Below are positions 22,794 through 36,892 of a stretch of 64,000 nucleotides of DNA, one piece after another. A program made the translations under genes and the position numbers. Position 1 is the first letter of the stretch; the number at the start of each line of letters is the position of its first letter. Origin of the DNA: Botryllus schlosseri (taxonomy: Eukaryota). The stretch lies in the NCBI GenBank assembly GCA_051294905.1, contig CM119378.1:2730001-2794000 (forward strand), read 5' to 3'. The notes under the pieces are model-generated. The model ran no database searches, was not told where the DNA came from, and saw only the letters and a program-made list of their open reading frames with translations.

Positions 22794-25687
22794 CAGTGTT
22801 GGGATGACTCGAGTCATGACTTGACTCGAGTCAACTTTTTCGTATGACTTGACTTGACTCGAGTCATTTTGGAAAAATGACTTGACCTGACTTGACTCGG
22901 AGCATCAAAATTGTGCATGGACCAGTCATTCACTGATTGTACGTTACACTGATCCTCCATTATTAGATCACAAATAAATTGACCGCAAACTAAACGATCC
23001 AAGCTTACGCTTTCTTCGTAGTAGTATAGTAGTAGTAGAAGAAGATTAATCTAAATAGCAATGAATCTCTGTTCCTTAGACGGCTAAATGCTTAGGCTTA
23101 CGTTGCGCAGTGCTCACATTCACCAACGCTCTGGTCTGATTTAAATCGAACAAATATAGTTTGTGCGTTTACATTCTTACCGATGTGTAGATGGGTATTG
23201 GGTAGTGTAGGCAATTGTACCATATCAATTTGTTTCAACTTCCCGAAGCTTCGTATTAGGTCCTATATATTGGAAGATAATAACTGACTGTAGCATGGAG
23301 CTGTACAGTTAAGGGGGTAAGGTACTGCTAGACTCACAAAATTTTCAAATTGCGATATTTCATGAACAGTTAATCCTAGATTCTCAAAAATTGGTATGTA
23401 AACTATTTATACTCAACTTCATACACTGTAAAAATTTTAGCATTTTACAATAATTCCTTGGGCCCGAATTGGGGGGGAGATTGGTGAATCGGACGGTTAG
23501 CACGGGGAAACGCCTGTCTCTTCGATGGATGCCGAGAGATCCTAAACAATGCTTCATAAAGTGTCCTGAGGCCTCTAAGCACCTGCTGAAACGCTTGAAA
23601 CTTCCGATTTTTCGAAAAAATTTACGAAATATGTGTTTGGTACTGGTACGGTGCCGAATTTTCGATTTTTTTTCATAAAATTCAGATCATAAGTAGCAAA
23701 GTAAGTACACTATAACTCTTATAGAAGAAACAATAGTTTCAGCAGGTAGAACAGTCTTACTGCTTGTACTGAGCCAAGTTTGATCAGGATTGAAGGTCTT
23801 CTGATATCAAAATTCCCTGTCCCCGTGACACCATATTAACAAAAACTAGAAATAGGAGAAAATCAACTTTGAAAATTGAAAAATATTTTATTGAAAAATT
23901 AGAGCAGGTATTTGAAATCTGTTGCTTTTAAATGGTACAGGCATGCTTTAATCAGCACATAGCCAAATTTGAAGACAATTGAATGTGCCTAAATGTAAAA
24001 TCAGTCATAAAAAGTATGAGTGATTTGATGATTTTTACTCAAAACTGCTATACCAGATTCAAAAAATTTACAAACCTTGAATTGGACATCAGTTAGATGT
24101 TGTAAAGATGAAACAACATGTCAAGAATACTGCGACATTGTCAAAATACCGATTGCAGGTAGTGTGAGTGAAGATACTACACCCATATTTCCCCAGTGAT
24201 CTTTCAAACATAGAAATTTTAGTATCAATTTCATCATGACACTCCAATACTAATTATAGTTGCATAACCCTTAGCATTCTGCATTTGCAAGGTCATGCAC
24301 TTTGAAAAAAGCTCAATACTTGCAAGGTCCTTGAAGTCAGGTTTGACCGTTTGATACATTTTGGATGTCAGCGGATACTGGCGGATTGGATCAGTAGCAT
24401 CTTCAAGTTTTGCCTTCAAATAAAAGCACCTCTTTCCATCACAATTGCCGTGCATCGGTTCTTCTGGAGTTGAGCTGTTGGGCATCAGTATTGCCCACAC
24501 TTCCTCGATGCTTCCTGTGCATCTGGTGCACCATTTACGATGGCAGCATGATAATACTGGCTCCACTTTGGTCTTGATCTGGCGATGACAATGCTTTTTG
24601 CCTTCCTGTTCAACATCATCTCTTTTGATGAGGCGAACCGACGAAAATTTTCTTTCTTGCAGCACGACACTCCGATGCTAATCTCTGTGGCAAAGCCTTG
24701 CTGGATATTTTGCCAATAGCCCCTGCCTGTTGTGTCAGGGCAAGTCACAATACATTGAATAACTGCATAATGCATGACTTGCTAGGAAAAAGGTTTCCTC
24801 TGAATTCCATCCACCACCATCAGACTTCAAAGCAGATACAAGTTCCAAACTTTTCTCGAATGACTTTATCATATTATTTTCTCCTTCTCTGGTCAAATGC
24901 CTGTTTTGTTGTTATCTTTGTCCCGCCCATTGTAAAATCACAACTAACTATCAGTTTTCTCACAATATTATCCGACAACAGGGTATAGCTAATAACAGTG
25001 TTTTGTGAGTGATTTACAACGGCTTTGGCTGCCAGAGAATGTTATGATATTCATGCTTGAGTGATTACAGATATGGCTCTTTGTAATAACTGTTTAAATT
25101 TTAAGGATGTGGTCTTTAGTGACAATTTTGAGCTGGTTAAAAATATGGAGGGGTGTGGGTCTGGACTTTTTACGAAAATGAGATTTTAAATGGAATTTTA
25201 ACCTACTTATAGCTTGAAATCATACAAGATGATTACATTTTTGGAAAGAGCTAGTCTCATACTTTGTAATTCTGCAATAAAAAAATTATGAAAAATTTTG
25301 ATGATCTGGGAGTACCTTACCCCCTCACGTATTTTATTAGCAGTTCTACGTGTTCGTGAGGATACAACGTCTTTTTGCATGTATATTTAACTAGATATTC
25401 GTTATTTGATTCAAGATAAATGATCAATTAATCTGTCTTTCACACAGCTAGCAATGACTTTGAACCATTACTCATACTTCGAAAATTCAATTTGACTTGA
25501 ATTGTGACTTGACTCGTGACTTGACTTGACTTGACTCGACTTGACTCGAGTCACCTCCAAAAAATGAGTGCCTTGACTTGACTCGAGTCACCTTTGAAAA
25601 TCGATTGACTTGACTTGACTCGAGTCAAAATCTGCAATGACTCGAGATGACTCGTGACTCGAAGGTAGTGACTTGATCCCAACACTG
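22794..25687. mobile_element. hAT MITE with GACTT/GACTCGAGTC subterminal repeats, interrupted by Kolobok
   Basis: TIR CAGTGTTGGGAT / ATCCCAACACTG; perfect TSD CAACATAC. Confidence 0.9.
23313..25324 (-). mobile_element. Kolobok-type DNA transposon, internally deleted
   Basis: 14-bp TIR GGGGGTAAGGTACT preceded by TTAA (right TSD mutated); minus-strand remnant 24234-24775 with YYHAAI, HGNC...CFY, KPDFKDLASIELFSKCMTLQMQNA resembling Kolobok transposase. Confidence 0.72.
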
Positions 25688-25754
25688 CAACATACATAAA
25701 TGCTATTCCAATTACAAGTTACAGGGTGATGACTTTTACATGAAGCACTTAAAG

Positions 25755-26418
25755 CAGGGACGGCCAACCTGCGGCCGTAGAAGAAAATTTGTGTGGCCGT
25801 GGGCACGTAATTCAATTAGTATGTGTTGACGGCCGTCGACATGCAATTTGAGTTTACGAATTGACTCCCCATTTCTTGAAAGATTTTAATGAATCTTGAA
25901 ATTTTCTTCGCGATGCGCGCGATTCAATGTGAGTTCATTTTCGATTTTAACAGCGCTCTTTGCCATCAGAGTCCGACGGTACAGATGCGAACAGCAGAGG
26001 AAAATGATGAAATACCAACTCGGAATCGTGTGCTCCTCACTATACCGACAATCCTGATGGTCAAGCAGTTAAGAAATAATTGCATTCAACAAAGCGACTA
26101 TAATAACAATTGGTACAGCCGAAGATGCGATGATCATTCATAAATGACGAAGTTCATTGGTGAATCTGAAAAAAAAATTCGCGCTTGACGCGACTGTAAG
26201 CCATCTCTGAATTTTACCAGTGACCACTCGCGATTTTAGTGCGTATAGTAAGTCTATATCATTCAATAAATTAGTCCTGAGTTAAACGGAAATCGACATA
26301 GATACTTTAACGTGGGTATTTCGCGTCCGTAGCTTGTTCATTACGACTATGACCTGGAATGCGGCTGTAGGCTGCATGAGCAGTCGAAATGTGGTCGTGA
26401 ATGGCACAAATGTTGGCT
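25755..26418. mobile_element. hAT MITE, right end truncated (family of 48355-49149)
   Basis: Collinear similarity to 48355-49149. Confidence 0.75.
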
Positions 26419-28179
26419 TTTATTTACTGAAAAGAGCATGATGCGAAACACGACTATCAGCGCACAACCAAAGTACCAATATCTGAGAAAATAGGAGCGG
26501 CACAATATGCAACGGATAAGATCGCTAATCAAGTAATAGGCCTAATTGGTCAACTAAATATAAAGGACGAGACAGTCAGACAAATGAATTCACCACATAC
26601 AGTTTTCACAGTTGTTTGCTGCGACGTAAAGCATCATGGACGTATACGTAAGTTCTTCAAGAACTCCAGAGTCGACCTAGAATCCTAAATAAATCAGAGG
26701 CATCCACATCGAATTAAAGCTACAGAAGATAACAAAACAAAAAGAAAAGAGACGAAAATGCAGTGGCATAAGTCGGTAGGCGAGGCCGCGATATCTTGGA
26801 TCGTGGGCCGATAATCTCGAGCACCAATTACTAATTAAAATTTAGCATTTCCTATACCTTGCGACATTCCTCATCCTTATTCCGATAAGGATTGCTGCGG
26901 ATTCGGTGTATCATGTAGACTGGGGTGCGCACGTTTTTAGTAAACTTCAAAAGGGTGTACCATTCCAAAAAAGGTTGAAGAACACCACACCGCCAGTGAA
27001 AGGAATCTTATGACCGATAAATGACGTCCGGCAGATGAATGTATGGAGCAGCATTGCTGCGAATAACATCGAATAATTATACATCATAATTTACAACGGT
27101 TCAGTGTGCACTCAAGAACAAGGCAAGAGGTTGAATCGCATTTTAAGCCTGAATATTGAGTGAGATGGAACTAAAATACATTCTAAATGGGAGTGGTTAC
27201 TACTTCACCTACGCCTATACCTATACGACGCGCGAATTAACCGTACGAACCACGGATGTGTGTAAACCCCGCGGGTGAATCGCAACGTTGTTCATCATTC
27301 AGCGTGAGTGAAAATATGTAAGGTAGTGATCATAATTATTACTATTTATAAAATCATTTAGTGGTGCTTTTCGATTCAGAGGCTTTTTTCACCACGGAAA
27401 TTACGACGTATATGATGCAAACGAGATACCCAATATAACTGACATACAGAATGACTGGTTAGTGAAATCTGACGTTTTGATTCCCGTACAAATGAATTGT
27501 GTATATAGGCTACATTGGCTATAATGCTAGCGTCGGTCAAAAAGTATATGGCTGGAAAGGAACGCTTATTTTCTGGGCGACGCGTTGTAATATAATCAAA
27601 CGAGATATATTCGTTTCGACGTGATGTGACTGATGGCTGGGAAAGTGATCACCAACAGATTAAAATTTCCGACTCGTAGATGCGAACGTCACGATATTCG
27701 CATTGGATGCCAACAGTCGGTCATCGCGGCCGTAGAGTGATAAACTATATGCAAGGCAAAGCTTCATCTGGAAATCTAGATTTTAATAGACATATAGCCT
27801 CTGTGCATAGATTCTACTATGAGATTGAAGGAAATGTTACGCATCGAAATTTACTCATACAGATTAATCATGCAAAGGACTGGCAATACACGAAAACCAT
27901 CTAGTTCTTGCGATATCTATCCTCGTTCTGACGGTGATCTGTTCAGTTGAATTTAAGTTGCGTAGTTATACCGAGGCGAGTGTTCGTAATTCACAGTTTA
28001 AGACCAGCAATGATTCACGTGAAATGAAAACAGAGCCAATAATGTCGTCAACGTGTTATCTAACCGTTGCATGCAGAAACACAGCATATAACAGCAAGCT
28101 GAACACGGGCAATTGGAAAGGCGTTTAGCAAGGCTGCAATAGCTTATGGGGCTATCACTGGATTGCTTTTTGCTATAGC

Positions 28180-28598
28180 TAGGGTTGCATTTAAAACAAA
28201 TGATTGTTTAAAACATTTTGTTTGAATTATGTTTTAAACAAAGGCTTTCACAAATTGATTTTTTTCAAGTTGTGTAATTATGCCATAATTGAGTAAATAC
28301 TTTCCAAAAAACATGTTGTATGAGCCTACGGACGATTACCACCCGATATAGCCGACGTATACGACATCGGATGGTTGAGAACCTCAAAAATAGTTGGTTT
28401 AACAGGTAAAGTACGTAGATATTTCATCAAATGTGCTATATTTACCCTGTATTTTTAATTGTCTATGTCAATCCACTATGTCGTCACAATTGAATATCCC
28501 TGACGTCATGCCCTAGAAAATAAAAAACATGTTTTAAACAAGGGCTTCGTTTTAGACATGTTTGTTTTGAATTGATTTTTGTTTTAAATGCAAACCTA
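28180..28598. mobile_element. hAT MITE
   Basis: TAGGGTTGCATTTAAAAC / GTTTTAAATGCAAACCTA; perfect TSD GCTATAGC; related fragments at ~1278-1460, 51280-51374 and 57670-57793 + 63881-64000. Confidence 0.88.
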
Positions 28599-31129
28599 GC
28601 TATAGCGTTCATTGTGTTGATTACATTGAATGGTACTTGTATATCAATCCATGGATACCGACACTTTTCGTTTCAATGTTCCCTCTAATTTTTCACGAGC
28701 CGGCGCAATCTCACCAACTCACTGCGTGGTCCCTTGGACAAAGTGCGTAACATAGGGTTGCCACGGCTAGACTGCCGATTTACCCGCATTTTTACTTTGA
28801 CTCGACTCCCAATTTCCCCGAATTTTGCGAAACTCTGACGTTCGCTGCGACGGACTCGAGTTTTGTTTTATCGCATTTTAATACATTTTATACAAAAAGA
28901 GATGATATCACTTTGTCTGATTACGAATTACTGATTACAAATTAGTGATGTAGGCCTACATTTGTACATCTGAAATGGTCGTCAATTTGGTCTGATGATC
29001 ATCGGTGCCTTCTGCGAAAGATATAGTGATATTTTTTTTCGAAACACATGCAGGTGGATTTTGTTTTTGTGCGCGGTACACATTTTTCTACGCCCGCAGC
29101 TTAGAGGGAACATAGGGTAGGACGTAGGACACAGCGATTCACAAACTATGTTAGTTGGTGTGTTCTCAAGGCTCTATAATCAGTCCCTTCGGTGTAGGCT
29201 TGTTGACTGCTATACATATGTATTTCTTACCGTTTGATGTTCCGTTTTGTTACTTCGATGTCGTGGCTTTATGGAAAATATATTCCGAACGACTGAATTA
29301 TATAGGCACCTTGTTTCGCCAATTCTCTCAATGTAACTCGGTTGTGAGTTTTCATATATACGTGGATTGATTCGTTGGTTCGTGGCACTCTAATTCTGGA
29401 CTCATTTTGGAATGCAATCCATATATAGTGTGTGCGTAATATTTAAACTCATTCCTGTCGTTCAAACACAATTCCATGAAGTCGCATCACTTTTGAAAAT
29501 ATTCGCCCTTGAGTTCCTCATTCTGGCTTAGCCCGGGACGGTATGGCCAGTTGGTCACATGCGATGTAAACAAAGTTATTTCCTATATCAAGAAAAGGCT
29601 GCGTGTATTTAAAATATACGCTAAACTGCGTGAGTGACAATATGCAGAAGCAGGTCAAGGGATTGGGTTTACGATAGTACTGTTGAATGTCGTAAAGATT
29701 GATATGAATATTGGTCATTAGACCCATCAGATTTCTGTCCATATTTCACGCGATTTATTCATCTCTAAATTCAAAATATTGTTAGCCTTAAAGAAGACGG
29801 CAACATCATCATCACGTATGGCGGTAGGATACTAGATATAGCAGTGGTTCTGAACCAGATGCTGTTGGGGCCGTCAGTGCCGCATGTGTTGTTTGCTTCG
29901 TACATACGACAGAGACGCTTACCGCCTTATAATATATATGTGGCATTTGTGCCACAACAGTGACTTCAGTAGGCCTAGTGTTAACTGTTCAGTAACGGCC
30001 AGGCTCACCGTCACTCTGGACATTTTATATAGGCCTGTCTCAGCAATGGAAGAGCTCAGATAAACCTACGACGCTTAGCAGATAGACAGAAATGAAGTTC
30101 TTAGCCACTTCCAATGGTGTGACGGTGGCGTATAACCAGCTCCGCTACTCGTGATGCAGTAGCAGGTTGTGAGATTGTTCGCCTTTTTCGCGGTGCCGAT
30201 ACAGCATTACGGGCCGCAGGATGTCAATCTTTGCATCGAAGGGGTGCAGATTTCTGAAATTAGGGGTAACTATGTAGGCTGGTAAACCAGAGTCTACTGG
30301 ATTTCATCGCATCAACTTCATTCATTAAATGTCACCTCGCAATATCGAATATGTGAATCTGAACTTGAACATAGCTTTGTACATCAAACGCTGTTCAGTA
30401 TATCCAGGTTGCATTCCTCATCAGTCTATATGTGCTGCAAGGGATTTAATAAGCAAAGGGATTTCTATTTTGCCGTCCCAGCATTACTATTCGTAAAAAT
30501 ACAATGCGTGTATCATATAGGTTTCCTTTGGTGGTCGTGGTTAACGATGAGTTTGATTTAATGTGCAATTAGCTTGATCAGGTTTTGTGTTCATATTTAG
30601 ATTATATATTTATTCACGTATTATTGCAATCGAGGATGCGTCAAGTTGGGTCTCAACATTTAAAGATCCGCATTCTACTTGCAATTATGGTTGGATGTAT
30701 CTCAGGTATGTGAACGATATATCGTGGCATTGCCGTCTTGCAGTCACAATACTTCGCTTCTGCATATAGTTATCTTTATTGTTTGCCATCGGTGCTGCTG
30801 TGGTTATTCGGTTACAATTATAGCCCGATCGATATCGGAATTATGTGCCAGTACCAATATCGAAATGTAACATTTATCAACTGGAACTTCCAATTTGTGG
30901 CAGCAATATGATGATGAAAACAGATATCACATATAAGCTTTGCACTGAAAACGTACAACGACCCCAACGCAAGTTTGGTTTTTATTTTTATTAACTAAAC
31001 GAAGACTCAAGCAACTGAACGCGATACACAACAACATCCTATGTATAGGTAGGGGAACGTGTGCGTATAATCAACACAATCATGAGATTATGAAGAAACA
31101 GTATTCACCACAATCACCACCCCATACAC

Positions 31130-32652
31130 CAGAGGTCTCAAACACGCGGCCCGCGAGAGCATTTCGTGCGGCCCACGACGGCATTTTGGAATTTCAAGTA
31201 ATCAACAATATATTTAAGTGCCATATATCTTTTTTAGATATAAGAACTTAAAGTTCACGCTAAAACTACTATAAAAATCACTGAAATCCCAACAAACATC
31301 ACTATCACATCACATTTGAAAGCTACCATGCGGTAGAAGATCAGCTATTACGTCACATTTCTAGTTCATGATTATAAAACATGACCCGGTGATGATTAGC
31401 GACTGAAAATTGTGATTTGGTTTGGTGCGACCTTCTCGTAAAATTACTTGATTTCGGATTGACTGGGTGATTAAATAAAAATGACTCGAGTTGAGTCGGG
31501 TCAAACGCTGAAATCGGAGAAGGACGTGCGACTCGGAATGGTGACTTGGTAATCCTACGGACGAATCAATCTATGCAACTTTCATGGGGAATAGTTATAT
31601 ATCAAAAGGTCGTAGCTTGCGTTGCGTAGGGTATATAGATATTTAATCGGGTCAGTATGGCAACCATGGGTATTCTGTTACCCCCGTGACGTATATAGTT
31701 GGTTAAACGCTGTATGTTGTTTTTTCTCTTCATCCATGTTATTATCGGTGGCGAGTAAGGTGGTAGTACGCTCTACAGCTGTAACACCAACGAATTCTTC
31801 GCCGATTGAACATTTTTATTCAAGGGGTTCTTAACCAGGGTCCGTAGACCCCAGCGGGGTACGAAGCACCACATCAGGGAGTAAGAGATGCATTGTAGAA
31901 TTTGTTGGCTCATATGCTGTGGAATATTTTCTTGGCCAATTTATTCAACTGGAAAATAGTCTTCGCGCTGCGCGCGATTTTGTGAATGGGCTTTCTGATT
32001 TAAATAGGTACCATTAGAAATTGTGTCGAAAATGGACAAGGGTTACGAGAAATCTTATTGGAAGCACCAGGGGTACGATCACTAAAAAGGTTAAGAAGCA
32101 ATGCTATTACTATGGCTCAAGAATGAGTGTATTTAAGTTGTTATCGATATATCGAAGGCAAAATCTTACGCCTATTTAATTTGTGTTTGGCAATGACTGT
32201 AACAACAGCCTATACTTACCAGGACGATATCAAAACCATAGGATTAGGCTATACCGCTCAAATGCTCTGATATCAGATCAATCTTCAGTAGATTTTAAAA
32301 TAGTCTACATAAAGTTGTTGCTCGTCATAGGTCCACCAGTTGCAATATTATAACCCGACAGTTTTACGATGTCATGATGAATTCTCTCACATGATGTCTA
32401 TAACTCGTTAATTAAAATAATTTTGCCCGGCACAAAAACAATTTTATTCAAATATTTGAAAATGTGATTTTTTTCCGTGTCAAGCGTTAATAGCACAATA
32501 ATAAATTACATTTCCACGATGTTTGTGAAATGCCTGTCTGCAAGGTCCCGTCAAATAAGGCCATTAAATATCCCTATCATTGATGCTGCGGCCCGCGGCG
32601 TCATCAAAACTAGGAAATTGGCCCGCGAGCACATTTGAGTTTGAGACCTCTG
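31130..32652. mobile_element. hAT non-autonomous element
   Basis: CAGAGGTCTCAAAC / GTTTGAGACCTCTG; perfect TSD CCATACAC. Confidence 0.88.
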
Positions 32653-33494
32653 CCATACACCATTAAAAATAAGACTATACACCAGGGCATGGTATGGTAT
32701 GGTATGGAATGGAATGGGAAATTTCCATACTCCATACCCGCCCAAATCGTTCCATACTATACTTCACAATTTTCCATACCATAGCAACATTCTTTCATTC
32801 CATATATGATACTTTTTCCACACCTTCGCAACTTGCCCAACCTCTCAAGTGATATTATATTTTTGATGTGTGGAAATGTCCCGGCGTTTATATTACAATT
32901 ATTTGAGATGAAAGTATCCATTTAAACAGCCCCGATGCACCAATGATATCGCAAGTTTATTTATATCATATATGTCGTCAGCGATGCAGGCTGTCTAATT
33001 ATGGAGGACGAGGGTGAAATATAGACACTTGCACACGGGATTTTTTTTTAAATAACACCAAAATGTTATGACATGCAAATCTAGTGTGGCAACGCACTTC
33101 TAGCAGTAACACCATCTACAAAATTACATAATGAAACGGTATTTTCAAATTAGAAGAGTGGTTCCCAATCTTTTTTCTGCATTCCCCACAACCTGAAATA
33201 TATATTTCCATCCTATATAAAATTTGCCCTCCATTAAAATTTGGTAAGACTTGGCTTTGTGAAGACTGGCTATTGACGAAAGTTAAGACCCCAGAATTGA
33301 ACAGCACGCAATACAATTATTGAGCTGAGAACTGGTAATCGTTGCATGCAGTGTTACGCCACCGTAAAATGTATATGCAGGCCGACAGAAAAACAAGAAG
33401 GAGTTGAAATTTTTTGAAATGGATCGAGGTAGCATCAATTTACAGGTGTAAATGCCGAATAATGCATAGGTCAGATAAACTTCCTGGTGTTGAC

Positions 33495-33688
33495 CAATGT
33501 TCCCTCTAAGCTGCGCACGTGCGCAAATGCGCAGTGCTTTCACGGTCTCTGAGCACAGACGATCTAAGCTGTGCACAAAAAATTCGAAGTGATGACCTTT
33601 TTTTAAGTCGTTGCGCACTGTTTTGCAAGGGTCTGCGCAGTGAATTGGGGAGTGTGCGCAGACCCGTCAAAAATTAGAAGGAACATTG
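33495..33688. mobile_element. Short hAT-type MITE
   Basis: CAATGTTCCCTCTAA / TTAGAAGGAACATTG; perfect TSD GTGTTGAC. Confidence 0.88.
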
Positions 33689-34379
33689 GTGTTGACTTAT
33701 GTGTATGATACATATGAGCCTCCGTAAGCTACACTTTCGCACGCAATACTATAACTCGAAAAGAAAAAATATGTCATTTCACTTGTAACGAGTTCGGCTA
33801 TGCTATCAATTAGCGAGTCCGCGATCTCTCGTGAATACATATTCATGTACATATGAGCTCTTATCATAACGAACCAGGAGATTTCAATCAAACCATTCCG
33901 CATACAAATGAATAGCAACCTATAGGAAAGATCGCGAACCGCTTTCCAGTCGATTCCCGCTAATTGGGGGCACTAATAATACGAATTGCTGAATTGAGAA
34001 ATTAAATTGAGAAATAATAGATATACGATCGGCATTTCATATCGACGTTTAATAAACGAGGTTAACAATGTAAAGAATTTTTTTTCAAGTGTGTTTATTC
34101 CCAACCGGAAACTCCTAAATTCCCCACCGGTTGGAAACCACTGCATTAGAATATCTCCTAGCATAATCTATAATGGTCGTGTTATATTTTCATCTGAGCA
34201 AGACACACACAATGTACAATGCGATAAGACACAATGCGATGCCGAACGACGCGTAGTTGCGGTCTTTTAGACTGACATCCACCTCGGTCTAGAGTGCCCG
34301 ACGCCACAGTTCTTGATGTTGATCTTTTGAAGCCGCGGCCCTTTCTACTTCTTTCCATTCCTTGTGAGTGCTTTCTTTC

Positions 34380-34520
34380 GTCGGGTCTTTTTATGGGCTT
34401 TTTGTCGCCGTAAGATAGGCGTCGGCGGGGGTAGAGGAGCCCAGATAAACCTACGACGGAAATCGAACCGGGGCGCCTGATTAGTAGGCGCCTATCGTCG
34501 CCACTACTCTATATCCCCCG
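34380..34520 (-). mobile_element. SINE-like element (different tRNA-like head, same core as the 17840/18139 SINEs); 3' end uncertain
   Basis: Minus-strand TAGAGTAGTGG and GGTTCGATTTC boxes followed by GTCGTAGGTTTATCTGGGCTCCT. Confidence 0.6.
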
Positions 34521-35011
34521 TATCATATCATTTCACATCGCTAGAATCAATTTGCGACAGCGGATCAAATGTCCGATTTCCCCGCCAATCTGTGGGTCAA
34601 ACACTCAAACATATTAGCTTCATTAGCCAACAGCCAGGCATCAATTCTTTTATCGTACATTACATAACCAGATTTCATGAAATTACAATGCGTGTTGGAG
34701 GCTGGCATATCGTGACGTCGCTCCAAAACAAGCTAGATATTTTTGAATTACAATGATGGTTATGTCAAATAGATATTGCGTGATGATAATCTGACCGAAA
34801 CGTAGAACATCATTTCCAAGTTCCACAAATTGATATAAATATTCATCTATAGCTGGTAGCTGTATTATTAAAGTCGACGATTTTAAAACTCCCTTGGTAA
34901 TTTACGGAGTGGAAATTACGATAGGCGAAATTCAAGTTTTAACGAGACAGCGGTCGAATATCATTCATTTAATGATTGAAATAATTATCATTAATATTAT
35001 TTTAATTCATA

Positions 35012-35929
35012 GAGATAGGTGATGAGATGATGATATCATGGATATCATGAAACAGTTTACTAACATTCTCGGTTTGCATTCAAATATTTACTTTTATATT
35101 ATATTCTCCAAAGTCAATTTCACCGTGAAATTGTGGTCTTCAAGCCATTTGCTTACAACCCTCTGTCAAGCGCGATAGCTATTTCGTTTTCGATGGCGGC
35201 TTAACAGCTGATCACTAGATCAGCCTATTCCTCAGTAAATTTTACGCAAAATTCGGTGTTGGTCTGTTCGTATCAATTTTGACAGTGTACCATACCGAAA
35301 ACGGCCATGAGGCTACTTCTCGGTGATGTCATGTAACAGTGTACTAAGTTTACGGCTTTCATCCACGTATTTATTCGGTAATATATTTTCCAAAGGCGAT
35401 TTCGCAGCAGATCTATAGACAGTAACAAAGCCGTATGTATCGTGTTACAGTCTCCAGTTTCAAGGCCAAAATCTCCTATGCTGTACCGAGACCGATTTTC
35501 TGAGGCTGCTATTCTTAGTTCTTCAGAATGATGTTTTGGATTCAATATGACGGGCCCAATCTATGAGATAACAATTGCGTATGTGTCCGAACTCGTTGAC
35601 CTTTCCAGGTAGGCTTACGCAATCTCTCGTGTTATTTATACAGTCATTTCCATTTCTGCAGATAATTAGTCAGGTCAAGTGCTAACATGAACCGTGTTGA
35701 ATCTTTGTTCCGTACGCCGTTTACGCAGTTACCACACTTCAAGTCACAGCTCACCGGCAGACCTCCCATCGCACATACGTTAAAATCACTGTTGTCGGGA
35801 AATTTATTTTACCGTGTACCATCATTAAGTTACTTGTTTACGTTGGAAAACGCCATTGTGATGTCATCTTGATAAAAAGTCGCTTGCAGCCCTTGCCCCA
35901 CCACCCGATATTGTCACGAGCCGCCACTG
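35012..35929. mobile_element. Left-truncated copy of the 42573-45634 element
   Basis: Collinear with 43654-43685 + 44783-45634; ends GAGCCGCCACTG. Confidence 0.8.
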
Positions 35930-36892
35930 ATACCAGCATATAATCACGGTTAAGTACGGCTATCCAGTAATAACGAATACAGATTCACTGTGCGCAGACG
36001 CACATGAAAAGTTCGTCACATCTTTTGGATTGCGAATAATCATCACTGCAGGAGCAAACAGTAACACGACAGCTAAAAGGGCACAGGAATGGCAAAGTTT
36101 AAAAACTTGAAATGTAGGCCTGACAGTGCTGAATATTGACCATTCAATGCCAGCAGGCATAATCCGGTTACGCGACGTCGCTGAGGAATCACGTCCAGTG
36201 ACGATTTTCATTCAAATTTTCTTGAAATATTTTGAAATCCTGAAATATGTGCAATTTGTGCATATCAGCGTCAGGAGTTAATGAAAGATTGACTTTATAG
36301 CTGAAACAAAATGGAACTATCCTCACACTGTCCGAATATGATATCCATTGGAATTCTGATTCGCACTTTTAGTGGACTATCCGAAATACCAGAGTGTAAA
36401 TGTGCGATTTTCTTTCGAACTGTACTCATTTTGAAAGGATCAAATATGCGCACTTATCAGCAAGAACTTGATATGTTGACTTTTTAGCTGAAGCAACATG
36501 GAAATATCCGCACTCTGTCAGATCATGACATCCAGTGGTAATTGAATTAGGACTTTTAGTGGACTATCGAAAATGTTTTTCTGTGTGTATGCCCGAGGAT
36601 ATCCGAACCGGACATTGTCGAACATGGATAGCCAAGTATTAGCCCACGTCTATCCAACCGGACACTGGGACACTCGGACACTGCTTGGATAGCCCTCGGC
36701 AATTATGTGTTTGCTGGGCGGACTCGCGGTTTAATAATTATAAACCAAATTCCTGCTTCCTCGTTTCCAATTAAACATCTTGTATTTCTCACAACGCATA
36801 TGCAGGGCTAACGCTAGATTACGAAATCAAAGGGAGCATAGAATATGCCGCAACCTATATTGTTTTATCGCCACCGTTTTAACGGTTTTTAG

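Noticed and set aside
22805..22900. GACTT/GACTCGAGTC arrays (also 25490-25675) as regulatory or CRISPR repeats
   Set aside because: Subterminal repeats of the hAT MITE 22794-25687.
27680..28128. Possible host exon(s)
   Set aside because: No recognisable domain and no convincing phase-compatible splice partners found.
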